Assembly (NCBI RefSeq): GCF_009914755.1
Contig: NC_060931.1
From: the human T2T-CHM13v2.0 reference genome, Homo sapiens
Reading direction: 5' to 3' (one strand)
Length of the DNA: 64,000 nucleotides
The translations under genes and the position numbers were made by a program. Positions 25,313 through 39,290 of this stretch are shown here, in pieces. Under the pieces are notes generated by a model. It was not told the DNA's origin. It saw nothing but the letters and a program-made list of their open reading frames with translations, and searched no databases. How positions within the stretch are numbered: the stretch's first letter is position 1; each line of letters begins with the position of its first letter.

Positions 25313-27242
25313 TTAGTAAAGAATTTAATACTTGAAGTCATCAGATTAGATTTCAGACTTCATTTACCCGCTCTATGCATTTTTTTCGTCTTCCTGGGTT
25401 TGGTCTGCCTGTGCTTCTTAGTCTACAGGTGTCTTTTCTCTGTACTGCCAACCTCTAATTGGAGATTTATTAGGTGCTCTTAAGTAAGAGAGGAGGAAGG
25501 CCAAAGGAGACAGAAAATGGAGAAGCAAGAAGAAACTGATCAAGGCAGGAGAGGGAGGAACTGGAGAGGATGGAGATAAAAGATGTATAAATGAAGACAA
25601 ATGGAAGAACAATGAGATAGAGAGGCCTGAATGGTAGAAAAATTCTAAAACTGAGCTAGTGAGAATGCATATAAAATAGGGGTCTGGTAGAAGAACTTCA
25701 GCAAAAGTGGTGTAAATCAATGATGAGTAAATTAATAGGGCAATTGTGCAAATGGGACTCACTCATTTATACTAAGCGTAATACATCATGAATGATTTAG
25801 AGATAATGCAACCCGTAGGGCATACCTTTTAATCTACCCAGGACCCGGTAGAGAATGCTGTCACTTCAAGAGTAAAAAGGCAGAGGATCAGAATATTGGG
25901 TGTGTCTCTTCATTCTAACAGTGTTAATGAGATAGATTCTGAGCAACATGAAAATTAACCAGACTCACAAGCTTAGTTTGTGATTTATAGATTGAAAAGA
26001 AGCTTAATATATTCCAAACATCTTCCTACAAACCCAAAATATTTAAGTGTTTTGAAAGTATTCATTTGAATAGGTTAACATGTGTGATTGCCATGGATGG
26101 AAATGAAAGTAAAATGAGTCACTGCACATATGATCCAAGGAACATCTGAGTGTTAAGTGGGTTGTAACTGCATAAGAATCCAGTGCTATTGGAAGATGCA
26201 TCAGAGTATTCTGAGACCAGGGAATAAAATTCTCTTCCATGTGCTCCCTTCTCTTTCATTCGTGTGCCTATTCACTCACCATTCAATAGGTGTCTATCGA
26301 CAGCCTTCTGTGTGGAAGGTACTGAGGAATGTCCTATGGGTTGCTGCTTCTACCTGAAACAGAAACATAAGATTTACATCCCTCAGGCCCTCTTACCAGT
26401 ATTTTTATGGGAGGATATTGAGGAAGGGAAGGGAGAAAGTGAATATAAGAAGTGGAGAGAAGTCTTGGTTTATAGAGCTGTTAGGGTTCCAAGTCTGCTG
26501 TTCTTTCTTGATTCAGAAATGGAAGCTCACAAAGGTTGTGTCTGGACCAAAGACCCAAGATAGTTGGAGTGTTGAGGATTAGATGATTTTGGGCTTCCCT
26601 TCTAGTTCATTCTTAGAATTTATTCCCAGTTTTTGTGTTTATGAAAGTTAGAGATACAGTCTTCAACCATTAGGAGTTAGAGGTGAAAATAATAGTAATT
26701 GGATGTTACCAAGTATGTAAACACTTGTAGGGAAGGGAAATACATAAATAACTAAATTCTCTATTAAATTCTGATTCTGAAAACTTCAAAACAGACCTAA
26801 TTTAGTAAGAGGGGCTGCATTTTTATATGTGATCCCACAGAATGCTTCTAGACTTCTGTCACTGATGGGGAAAAATCAAATTATTCAAAGTCTTGCACCA
26901 TATAACAAAAAAGCTAAACTAAGACGAGATTTCAGGGAGTATAGAAACCAGCAATTTGTGAAAAATCTTGTGTATGAAGAGTCATGATGTAGAACATTCA
27001 AACAAATGGATCACAAGAGATTTCTCAAAGCATGTCTTAGAGGTGAGCAGGCAGGCATCAATTTTAAAATTCTCTGTTATAAATGATCATAAGCTTATGT
27101 TTTTCTGTGTAAAGGAGAAATAATTTCCCAATTTTATAAAACAAATTACCAATGATGTAAAAAAAACATTTAGCACAGTATTATATCAGAGGGCATTTAA
27201 CATTCTTTTGAATCATTTGAGATTTTCATGTTTCCATTTCAG

Positions 27243-27383
27243 AGATCAGGGAAGATGTGCCTTGGAGAGGAAGCATGTCTTAAATCTGGAAATGATATGA
27301 AGAGGGATGTCAGCAACACTTCATCCTGGGCCAGTAATAGGGAGAGTTTCTTTTCTCTCGTCAAATTGCTTAAAGGATTCTAG
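27243..27383 (+). CDS. AUTS2: Coding part of an alternative terminal exon (46 aa + stop), C-terminus of the short AUTS2 isoform
   Basis: Acceptor ttttcatgtttccatttcag ends at 27242. Frame 0 is open: RSGKMCLGEEACLKSGNDMKRDVSNTSSWASNRESFFSLVKLLKGF, with TAG at 27381-27383. Matches my recollection of AUTS2 isoform 3 residues 221-266 (220+46=266, consistent with a phase-0 junction after exon 4). Confidence 0.85.
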   Translation, partial: RSGKMCLGEEACLKSGNDMKRDVSNTSSWASNRESFFSLVKLLKGF

Positions 27384-27496
27384 TTCCGTTTGGTGTGGTC
27401 ACTCACATTTGAATTCTAATACTCTATGTGATATAGATTCTGTTGACTACTGTTAGCGTGACCCCAATGAGAAATTAAACACTTCCCTCCTTTTCA
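27384..27496 (+). other. AUTS2: Short 3' UTR of the alternative terminal exon
   Basis: Runs from the stop codon to a likely CA cleavage site at 27495-27496, about 16 nt after ATTAAA. Confidence 0.65.
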
Positions 27497-27520
27497 TTTG
27501 CAGTGTGTTTTAGTTTAACC
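27474..27520 (+). terminator. Intronic poly(A) site: ATTAAA, CA, GU/U-rich downstream element
   Basis: ATTAAA at 27474-27479, ttttCA ending 27496, then tttgcagtgtgttttagttt. Confidence 0.7.
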
Positions 27521-28999
27521 TTCATTTGTTTCTCTTTTCTCCATTCCTCATCCCAATTCAGGTATCAGATCCTTTGACAATTGTTAACCTGCCCAGCTGG
27601 GATTTTTGGCATTAAGCTATGACTGTAACGTTTCTACTAATAAATTAGATTTTTTAAAAGAGTGCTGCTTGCCAAGAAGCAAAGTCATTACATAGTGTGT
27701 ATATGTTCAATGTATGGCTATAAAAGTCTCCTTAGCCAAACATAATCGACAGTTAAAATAAATTTAAAATAACCGTGCTACCTCTAGATTTTAAAATTGT
27801 TAAGGTGAAGATAGGTGGTCTAATTTTACTCTATTTCCATTTTTCTTATTCACAGGGTATATTTGTTCTGTAAAACCACATATGTATCTTATAGTCTGCA
27901 GCTGATGTATTTATCTGCCTAAATACACATTTCTCCAATGGAATATTCTGTAATATCAAGCATTTCTTTTTTAGATGGAAATTAATTTTATAACAGTTGA
28001 ACATCATCTTTGTCAATCAGCAGCTTTATCTACCATAAAGAACAAAAACGTACTTGGCGTGGCCTGCTTTAACTTTTGTAGTTCCTATGTTTAAACTGAA
28101 CAGAGGAATATTATGTGAACAAATTGGAAAATTATATAAAGAAATAAAAATCTTTTTACTATTATAGTTATCTTTACCCCATAGCTTTCAAAAAGGCATT
28201 TGAAGCAATTTAATAAAATAGGAATAACAGTAAGTACTAGATGTGAGAGGTGAGAAAACAACTTTGTAAATCACCCATCTCACGAAGTTGCACAGAGGTT
28301 CCTGATAGCCCAGACAATGAAATAATGTGATAATTCCTATTTTCAGAAAAGATAACTAGCTCCTTATTTTGTTTTGGGTGTAGAATGGGGGAAGTGGTAT
28401 ATTTTTGCTAAGTTCTAAATTCTTAGGAAAATGTTCACATGGGTTTTGAGAGTCACTGTATAACTGACAATGTCCCCAGTTACAGATTTCCAGAAAATTC
28501 AGACATGGAATTCATGTTACTCATTTTAGTTCTAACCTTTGATGAAAGATTAGGGCATTAGATTGAAGCTTAAGTAAGCAAAGGCATTCTTCAGGTGATG
28601 TGGTTCATTCTAATCAGTAATTTTATGATGGTGTTCATATTCCATTCCAATGATCAAATGGACTAGTAAGCTTGAGAAATAAGACAAACTAGAGAGAGAG
28701 ATTATTTTATAAATATGAAGGAGGCTAGTGAAATTTTGGTCCAGATGGAAAGCCACCCACTCTCCCAGGTCAGGACTGCATAGATGAAGTATAAGCAAAA
28801 CCGTCATTCACACTTTGAAGGTGCTGCTTTAGAGAGATGTCATTATATGTGGTGTCAGATTTTTCACCCTGTTCAGTACTGGGCACTGATTTTTAAAACC
28901 ACTTATCTATATTTTTTAAATGTCTTCTGACTCATTGGATTGATTTTGTGGACCTACTGGTAGTCTTTGGATATCCCCCAGTTAATCTTTGCTTCCATG

Positions 29000-29100
29000 A
29001 TGAGCATTTATTGAATTCTATTCTTATGCCAGGCACTGTACTAGATTTTAGGAGTACAGTAGTCAGGTTTTCCTTGCCTTCATGGAGTCTCTGGTCAAAT
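29000..29100 (-). mobile_element. L2 3' end fragment
   Basis: gcatttattgaattcta...tatgccaggcactgtactag...ccttgccttcatggag. Confidence 0.65.
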
Positions 29101-29809
29101 ACTTTGGTTCTTATATAGCGGTTCATGTTCCGACACGTGGTTACCCACACAGGCTTTAGTTAACATCTGCATCACCTGCTGCACATTCTCATCTAAAATG
29201 CGTATGTGAAAGTACAGTTGTAGCCACTCAGTGTCACTCACCAGTGGGGCTTTAGGCCTGAGACTTTCCGATAGCCTCTAATTATGTAAAACCATGCCTG
29301 TATTCAGGAGTCAGAAGTGATCAAAATGTTTTAGGAAGCACACCGTCAGCATAGATGTGTCAACTCAGCAGCAAGATTTTTCATTCTTTTAAAGTTACAC
29401 ATTTCATAAAGAAGAAGGGTATCAGTGTAAACTTCTAAATGCAGGACAAAATGCATGATTGGGGATGGAGATTGGAGTGGACTTGTTCAAAGAGCAGCAG
29501 CAAATGAGACATTAAAGGAATACATAGGAAGCCACTTCCAAGTACTTCCATTTTTCTTTAGTTGTGATTGTGAGATGGTTCCCTACTAGTTAGAGAAGGA
29601 AAATTTTAAAATGCTTTGCTAAACAGATGATCCTTAAATTGGTCACTGTATACCGTGATGCAGCCTAATCAAAATGGTATTCCTTTGAGTGAGTGAGCCA
29701 CAGAGACTCTCGCCAACCCCTTGTGCAGCTTTCTATTAACAGTATAAATACTCCATTGTTGTAAAGCAGTTTATGGTTAACAAAGCGCTGTCACAGACAC
29801 GTTATCTTA

Positions 29810-30136
29810 GTTTTGCAGATTGCCTTTGTACATGTTATTCTCATTTCCTAGCATGCCCTCTATCCCTGCTTTGCCTGCTTAGCAAGCTCATTCTTATCCT
29901 TCAGGACATAACACCAACTCTGCAAAGTCCTCTTGAGACCCTTCTGAGCAGGTAGATGGTCCCTTCCCCGTACTTACACAAGCCCTGATCTCATCTCTGT
30001 TGTCATTTGTTCACATCACTGTTTCTCCCTGGAGACTGAGTCTCTCAAGGGTAAGGACACTGTGTGCTCTTCATTTTTCTTCCCAGTGCCTTTGTAACCA
30101 GTCTTCCTGGGGGATACTTTGTAAGTAAAGGTGAAT
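29810..30136 (+). mobile_element. L2 3' region
   Basis: gcctttgtacatgttattc...ctcattcttatccttcagg...agactgagtctctcaagggtaaggacactgtg. Confidence 0.7.
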
Positions 30137-33100
30137 ACTGTATGGTGTGCAGCTTAGGAGAGCTTAAGCCACTTCCTAAGTTAAGATACTAAGTAGTAGA
30201 TAAGAGTAAAACTTAAGTGTCTTAACTCCTGTTTTTATCGGTTTTTCTGGTTTATCAGTTTATTGCTCATCTGAAAACAAGCTGTCCACATCATACTCAT
30301 GCTGTTCTACCTGTCAGAGATATATTACATGGTAAATGTGAGTGATAAAGGAGGATAAGTTCTTTGTCAGAATGAGGACATTTCGGTTCTGTCATCATGC
30401 CTGAAATGCATGATTTCACATGATTTCCATGTGAAATAAAACATTGGTATAAAAGGGATATGGACAAATTTGTGGATGTTAGAACCACACCTTTTTCTCT
30501 GAATTTATTTTCTTCTCACTCCTACTTGGCATATTCCCTGTCATTGTTTGAGAGTGTGCACCAATGTCCTCGTCTCAGGGACACCATTTCTTTCCCGCTA
30601 TTAGAGTGTCTGGATGATGCCGTACCCTTAGTGCACTGTCCTGTTGAAAATTTGGTACATTAGTTATTTTAAGGTTTAAAAACATTGCTGCCTACATAAT
30701 ATTCCACCTCTTTGGAGCATTTGCATTGGAGTGACCAGTGGCTTGAAGCTCTGTATGGTGGAGTGACTGATGGTAGTTGAAGACTGCAAAAGTAGGTATC
30801 TGAGGGCTGGAAGGCATTCCTGGCACCCCTAAAACTACCCCACTGGGGGCCATCCAAGCCTGTGATTAACAAACCCTAGTTATTTGCTAGGTAGTTTCCA
30901 CATGGCATAGTAGGATATATATATGTGAGGCACAATACAGTGTTTATGTGAGAATAATATAGATTATTTGAATCTAGGCTGCAGAACCTACCTGAAAATG
31001 GGTTTTACAGTTTTGTGTAATTGCCTTTTCTTTGTGTTTGCATAGAAGGCATTGCATAGCTGGAAGATGATGGCAATTATAATTTATTATGCTGTAATTG
31101 TTACCTAAATGTTTTTGAATAAGCAAAAATCACATCTGTTTAGGAATAAGTTGCACAGCAAGAGAATTCCCTTTGAAATGAATACCGTGTTCTCATATTC
31201 TGTAACTGTACACATAAAACAACATATTTATTTCCCCACTGAGTCCATTACATTCCCAAGTCAAACTGCATCCTCTCTTCCTTTCCCATATTAAACCCTT
31301 TGATTTAATGGAGGTTTTAACTACTGGTTCTTTAGGGAATTTTCAGTAGGCTTTGCACAGATTAGGTTATTGGAAAGTATAGTTATTTGCTTGTAAAGTG
31401 GCAGTTCTGTGTCAAAATTGCTTTTCTCTGGAGCTGCAACAGTAAAAACGATAAGCTTCTGCTTTGCATCCAAAATGCCCTGATGTTCCTAGCATGATCG
31501 TTTTTCCTTTGCTTCTTGCTCAGCACCATTCGGTCACAGGCTGGTTTGGACAGGCGAATATGAGCACATGTAGCCCAGAGGACTTTGATATCCAGTGGTG
31601 ATAATAGACAAGGCCTGTCTTCCATTCTGGTTGCCACTGGTCTGTGACAACCAGTGTTCCGGGCATGGTGAGCATAGTGCTGCTTCCCTTCTCCGTTAAA
31701 TAGGAAATGCATAAGCCTGGAGTCGTTTTGTTTGTTCCACAGAAACGTAGCAGTTGAAATAATTGCCTTGCCATGCCCAGGCTAACAGGATTTATCTTCC
31801 ATTATAGATCATGAAGACATAGGCAAGAATAGTTTACTCCTCTAAATTTACTAGGCTACTCACTTCGAAATGATTTCACTGTGTAAAAGAGAACAGTCCT
31901 AGCTGTGGCTTAGCCTAGAAAGGCTTTGATACCTAGAAAGATGAAGGGCAGAAGTGTATTCTCTATTTTTCTGCTCCCAGCTCATAAAATAGAATTGGAG
32001 TTTATGTAAATAGCAGATAGCCTGATTTTATTTTTTATGCCCCAGTTGCAAGTTAGTGTCTCCTTAAGATGGGTCTTAATCACTGACGTTGTGTGCTTCC
32101 ATTCAGCACCTATCTGTCTATTAAGTGGCATTCTAGTGGCCTCCAAGAGTTGAGTACTTTATTCTGATCAGAGTCAGCCTGGGTGACCAAGATGGGCTGT
32201 ATCAATCTGTTACACCTCAGACCCACTGGAGGCCACAATCTTTGAGTGTCTTTTGGAAGATACTGTCCTATGTTGTTCTAGAATGCTGACTCCTACTGCT
32301 TAAACCTCCGTTCTCTCTCTGTTTTTATCTTAGGCCAGATGTCCTTTATAAATTTTGATTTTTTGTTTTTTGGGTTTTGTTTTTGGAGTTTGGATCTCTT
32401 AGTTTTCATCCTGAATACTGTTCCACACTGCATATTTAATCAGTTAAATCTTGGTCTCCTGGCTTTGACCATCAAATGTTACTCTATTGCCTCAACTCTA
32501 TTGAGTTACTCCAACTCAACTGCTCCCACCTCAGGGTCTTTCACTACCCATTCATAGGCAGTAGCCCCTTGTTTCTCTTCTTCGTGAAACCTGAGTTTTC
32601 CTTATTGTACTTATCTCAGGCATTAATGGATCTGTGAAGAAGTATGACGTTAAGCTTAAAGGATCAAAAACTGGGCTTCCCTATGTATGTTTCAAGTTTC
32701 ATTTGTGTGACCAAGAGAGTTCATAGTATAGATTTGAAGAGTTCAATCAAGAAGCTAAGATATTAACTCATCTTAGTAATAGCCTTTTGTCTACTTCATC
32801 CATCTGCCCATCTGTCTGTCAATCTGTATACATTATTGATAACTTCCAATGTTGTAAACACTGGGAATACCAAAAAAAAAAGAATGAGCCATGCACCTTT
32901 CCTTCGTAATGACTACATTAAAGCCCCAAGACATGAAGCTACTTGCTGAGCCTTGCAGCTGACCTGTGGCATAGTGGAGACTAGAACCCATTTCTAGAGG
33001 GATCTTCCTCATACTTCCCAAGGTCAGTTCTCTTTAGGCCTTTGGTATTCCTGTCTTAGTTGTTGTAAGAGTAGATTTCGACTCATCAAACATTTGTGAT

Positions 33101-33214
33101 TTGGAAGTATCGCATAGTTGAAGAATTGAAGAAAGCTGATGGGAACAAAGTCATTTTCAAGTTTACTTGAGCACATAGATATCATGTTGACTACTTTGCT
33201 GAATATTCAGAATC

Positions 33215-33705
33215 ATTTATATTTAGTATAGTAAAAGTGAAAAGTATCTGTTTTTAAAATTTGGAAAACACACGAAATACAATGAAGAAAACTAAAGTAA
33301 CAACCATTTTACTACTCTTTTTATGTATTTCCTTTGAGTAGATATCAAATATATCAGCATTTTCAGCATATACGTACAGTTTTGTGTCCTGCCTTTTTCC
33401 CTTCAACTATATAATCAGCATCTTCCCACATCGTGAGATGTGAATTTTTTGAAAACATGATAATTAATGCAATATGTTATTTCAAAGTAAAAACTTTTTA
33501 TTTAACTATTATTGTGTGTGTAACTTTATTTTCTGTGTTTAGGTTGTTTCTGATTTTTCACCCTTATCAACCATGCTGAGGCATGAACTTCCTATTAATA
33601 AATCATTGTGTACATCTGTCAGTATTTCCTTAGGATAAATTTCTTTTAGTTCTATTACTGCATCTGAGGAAATTAACATATCAAAGCTATTGATATGTAT
33701 TTCCC
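33215..33705 (-). mobile_element. Ancient L1ME fragment
   Basis: tttaggttgtttctgattttt...gtatttccttaggataaatttct. Confidence 0.65.
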
Positions 33706-33715
33706 TGGGTATACA

Positions 33716-34040
<325 letters not shown>

Positions 34041-34301
34041 TAACCCTGCCTTACACCACCCAGAATTCAAAGCATGGAATCCTTGACCCAGTAGCCAGAG
34101 TATTTCTTATCTTAAGTTTAGGAAAGACTACTCTGTGGTCAAATGTAGTCACAGAATTTCTTTCCAACAAAGCTGTCTACGTAGTTAACTGAGAACCGTC
34201 TCCAAAGGGTTGTTCCTCTTGAGGGAGGTTTCAGAGAAGAGATGGCATTGATGTAAGTCTTGAAGAAGTTAGAGCTCAAAATATTGTGAAGAGGAAGATA
34301 A

Positions 34302-35241
<940 letters not shown>

Positions 35242-36565
35242 CAGTTTGAAGTTTAGGACACAGAGACAAACTGTGACTTTCCTCAAGGTCAGTCAGAAGT
35301 GATTCTGAAACCACCTTTCAGTACTTTAACCCTGTCCAAAAGCAGCCATTTTAGTGCTTTTATCACTAGATGTTCCCATGCAGGTTGAGAGAGATTATTT
35401 CTGTTCTGTTAGGTTATGCATTGTTGCAGTGTCCCAAGAGATAAAGTCCCAAGATATTAATGTAAGTATTAGCTTCTGTAAGATGTTACCCCAATCCATA
35501 TTAACCATGTCTGGCTGAGGCATGAAGGATCTATTAAATTATATCCAGGTTCCTATTAAATCACTACACTGGCAGTAATACCTGGGCTCACCTTCTCCTT
35601 AACCCAAATTAACACATGCTGTTAGTGGTCTCAAGTCTAAGGCAAGTTCCTGAGATGAACAAGTGACTGGGAAAACAGGAGAGGAGAAAATTAAAATAAA
35701 TGATAGGCTGACCTTCTCACACCACTTGTGGTTTCTCAATTAACCAAAAGCCAGACAGCTCCACGTTGCTGTTCTCTCAGTAATAGGTTTCACCCTCCCA
35801 TTTAATGCCAGCCCACACGGGTGCACACACAGACACACACTTTGCTAATCAGATTGGCAGCAAATAGAATTAAACCATTAAGGCAATTAAGCAATTCTTA
35901 GATAACATTTGATCAGTTCAATGAAAATGCAAATTCATTCTTCTTTTGGAGAAATAAGTTGATGGAAAGTCATTTCGTGTTCTATAATCATAATTAACTC
36001 TTTTCCAAATAAAGATTGCAATGTTTTGGGCTTGGAGCTACACAGATGGAAATGATTTTTTTCATTTTTTGCTTCACTCTGTTCATCCTTTTGTAATGCA
36101 CCATGTTTTTCTGCCTCCAGACTCTTTGGGACATTTAGGTCATCTTACCTACAATCTCTTCCTTGTGCCTCAAGGCAAACTCTGTTATTTACTCTCACAC
36201 ATGATGACTCATGCATTAAACACCTCCTTAGACCCTGAGTTCGGAATAGATCCTACAGCATTCTGGAATGATTTTGGTCGGATATTCATGTGTTGTAGAT
36301 GCACTACTTGGCTGCTTCTCATTTCTCTCTATTCCCCACACTTACGGTTTCTCCTCTCTCACAAGCTGGTGGGGAAGAGAATGTTGCACCCAAAAATAGG
36401 TGCTTGAAAATGAGCGTGTGGTGTCTGCATTTTCATTTCTAGATTGGTATCATTGAAGCCTACGTTCCATTCTGCCACCACAGCCTGAACTTTCAGCAAG
36501 AAAATGATGAGCACCTTGCAGCCCGTGCTTCCCTCACCTGCCAAGGTGCCTTTGTGCTCTAGCTC

Positions 36566-36755
36566 AGGGTTTCCAAACCTGGTACATCATCAGCTGGGGA
36601 CATTTGGAAATATTTATAGTCCACAGGGTTTTAATCCAGACCTATAGAATCGGTATGTCCCAGGTTTGGCTTAGGGATTTTCTTTTGCTTTTGTTTTTTT
36701 CCTTTAAAAAAAAAAAAATCTTTCTGTTTGATAATAGGGATCAGCCAGTCTTAAG
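36566..36755. mobile_element. MER5-like hAT-Charlie relic
   Basis: cagggtttccaaacctgg...catcatcagctgggga...ccagacctatagaatc. Confidence 0.45.
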
Positions 36756-37012
36756 TCTAGATGCCATTTTTTTTCTACATTGGAGACCATAACATGTAGT
36801 CTGATGCATGATCTGTCAATGACACAGAAATCACTTGGATCCAAAGAATTTTATGATAGCCTTGCTTATAAAGAAAAATAACACCTTATGTGGCAGGTCA
36901 TTTTATAGATACACACATATGAATAGTCCACTGCATCATGCGTGTGTATATGTGTATATCAAGTGTCTTTAGAGGTAGGTAAAACATAAGAGGCAGCTGT
37001 TATCACCTAGGG

Positions 37013-37233
37013 CAGGGGTGTCCAATCTTTTGGCTTCCTTGGGCTACATTGGAAGAAGAATTGTCTTAGGCCACGCATAAAATACAGTAACACTAACGAT
37101 AGCTGATGAGCTAGAAAAATAATAATAATAATGGCAGAAACATCTCAAAATGTTTTAACAAAGTTTACAAATTTGTTGGGCCACATTCAGAGCTGTCCTG
37201 AGCCACGTGCGGGCTGCGGGTTCCACAAGCTTG
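37013..37233 (+). mobile_element. MER30 (hAT-Charlie)
   Basis: caggggtgtccaatcttttggcttcc...aacactaacgatagctgatgagct...acaagcttg; 8-bp flanks acctaggg/gcctagct. Confidence 0.92.
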
Positions 37234-38644
37234 GCCTAGCTAGATATTATATTTAATGTATCTCCTTTTCAGTCTTAATAAAGTATTGCAGCCAACTCCC
37301 ATCCAGCAGGACACATGGACTTAGTGTGCCTACCTGCAGGTTTTTGAGCATGAATGTAAATATTAATAGAAAAATTGTGAATGCTTCTCAGGAATGTCAC
37401 CAGTGATTTTTTTCCCCCAAAGAAACCTTTAGTTTTGCTAATCCCTTTACTAGTACATGTTTGTAGAACACATCTTTTTGAGAATTTTTTGGGGATACTG
37501 ATCAGCTACTATTAAAGCCATCAAGCCAGCGGTGCCACCAGTGTCACAAGGAAGAACGATGTTTTGGGAAGGGATTGAGCTCAGCATTCCAGGAAATATT
37601 TTTTACCTATTCATTACTGCATGCATAGGCTTACATTTTCTCAATTTAAAAATACTTCTAAAGGGTGGGCTTTTGGGATGTAGACACATAATGTTCTCAG
37701 CAATACTGTAAAGCCTCATTAATTTGCTAAACAAATAAGTGAGATGGTAAAGGATATTGCATAGATTGTAAGGGCACATTTAATCATCTGAGGTTTAACT
37801 GGCTCTAAAGGCAACACCTTTTCAAGCTCTTAAGAGTCTATATTTACATGGATAGTAGGTCTTCTTCCTTCATTAAACTTGCCCTCTAAGACCTTTTAGC
37901 TGTTAGTTAGAATTACATTTTGAACTTCAGGATAATTCTATATTTCTTTCTTAAAATAAATTCTTTATATGAGCATTTAGACCATAATTCAAACTGAGGT
38001 TTCCTATAAGTTCTGTGTTATATTTTATTTGCGTGCATAGTGATATTCATACCACATCTGTTAAAGTATGAAGGGAGGAAAATGTCAGCAAGTGTATTGT
38101 GTCTCTGCTCACAATAATTTTCCAATGAAAGTTCACTTAAATGAGGGATTCATATATATTAAGGACTGTTGTTGGTGATTAGTACATAAAAATGTGGGTT
38201 TTTCTCATAAGTGGTTTTAAAACTTCAGACTGAGTACCTCTTTTGTTTAATTTTTGCACTTCTTGGAGGCATAAGGTATTTTAGTATGTGTGGATCTTTT
38301 TTATTGAGTTTGCATAGTTTAGGAGTTTTTTGGCTTAAAATAAAATAGGGAAAAAAAGCTCTCTTAAAATAGTATCCTTTCTTGAACCCATAAAGTAGGG
38401 CTTTGAAGACGTGCAACATTTGTGAGGTTCTAAAGAGGGGATTTTGTGGTGTTCTTTCCAGTGCTTCCTTCCTTCCGTCCTCACCACCCTGCTGTAATCT
38501 GATAACAAATAACTTTCCAGTCAGTCAATTTAAATTATATGTAGGCTGCAATTTTTTAAAATTTCATAATGGATGCTATTTAAACACAAACATACATTTA
38601 AAAAAAATGCCATACTAAAGTCCAAAAGGAATGGTGACAGACAT

Positions 38645-38912
38645 TTTATTTATTTAGAGACAAGTTCTCGCCCTGTCACCCAGGATACAGTGGTGTGATC
38701 TTGGCTCACTGCAACTTCTGCCTCCCAGGCTCAAGCAATCCTCCCACCTCAGCCTCCCAAGTAGCTGGGACCACAAGTGTGCACCACGATGCCTGTGTTT
38801 TGTTTTTTGTGGTTTTTTTTTTTGGTATTTTTTGTAGAGGCGCATTCTCGCCATATTGCCCAGGCTTATCTGGAACTCCTGAGCTCAAGCTGTCTGCCCA
38901 CCGCACCCAGCT
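38645..38912 (-). mobile_element. AluJ with left-arm deletion
   Basis: Dimer lacking the tcccaaagtgctgggattacagg segment; TSD gacatttt. Confidence 0.85.
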
Positions 38913-38963
38913 GACATTTTAAATATTTATTTATAGAGCTTCATTATTTGTACAGTGCCCTTA

Positions 38964-39290
<327 letters not shown>

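Noticed and set aside
31519-31545. REST/RE1-like TCAGCACC (also near 8887 and 32102)
   Set aside because: Only the left half-site; no correctly spaced GGACAG.
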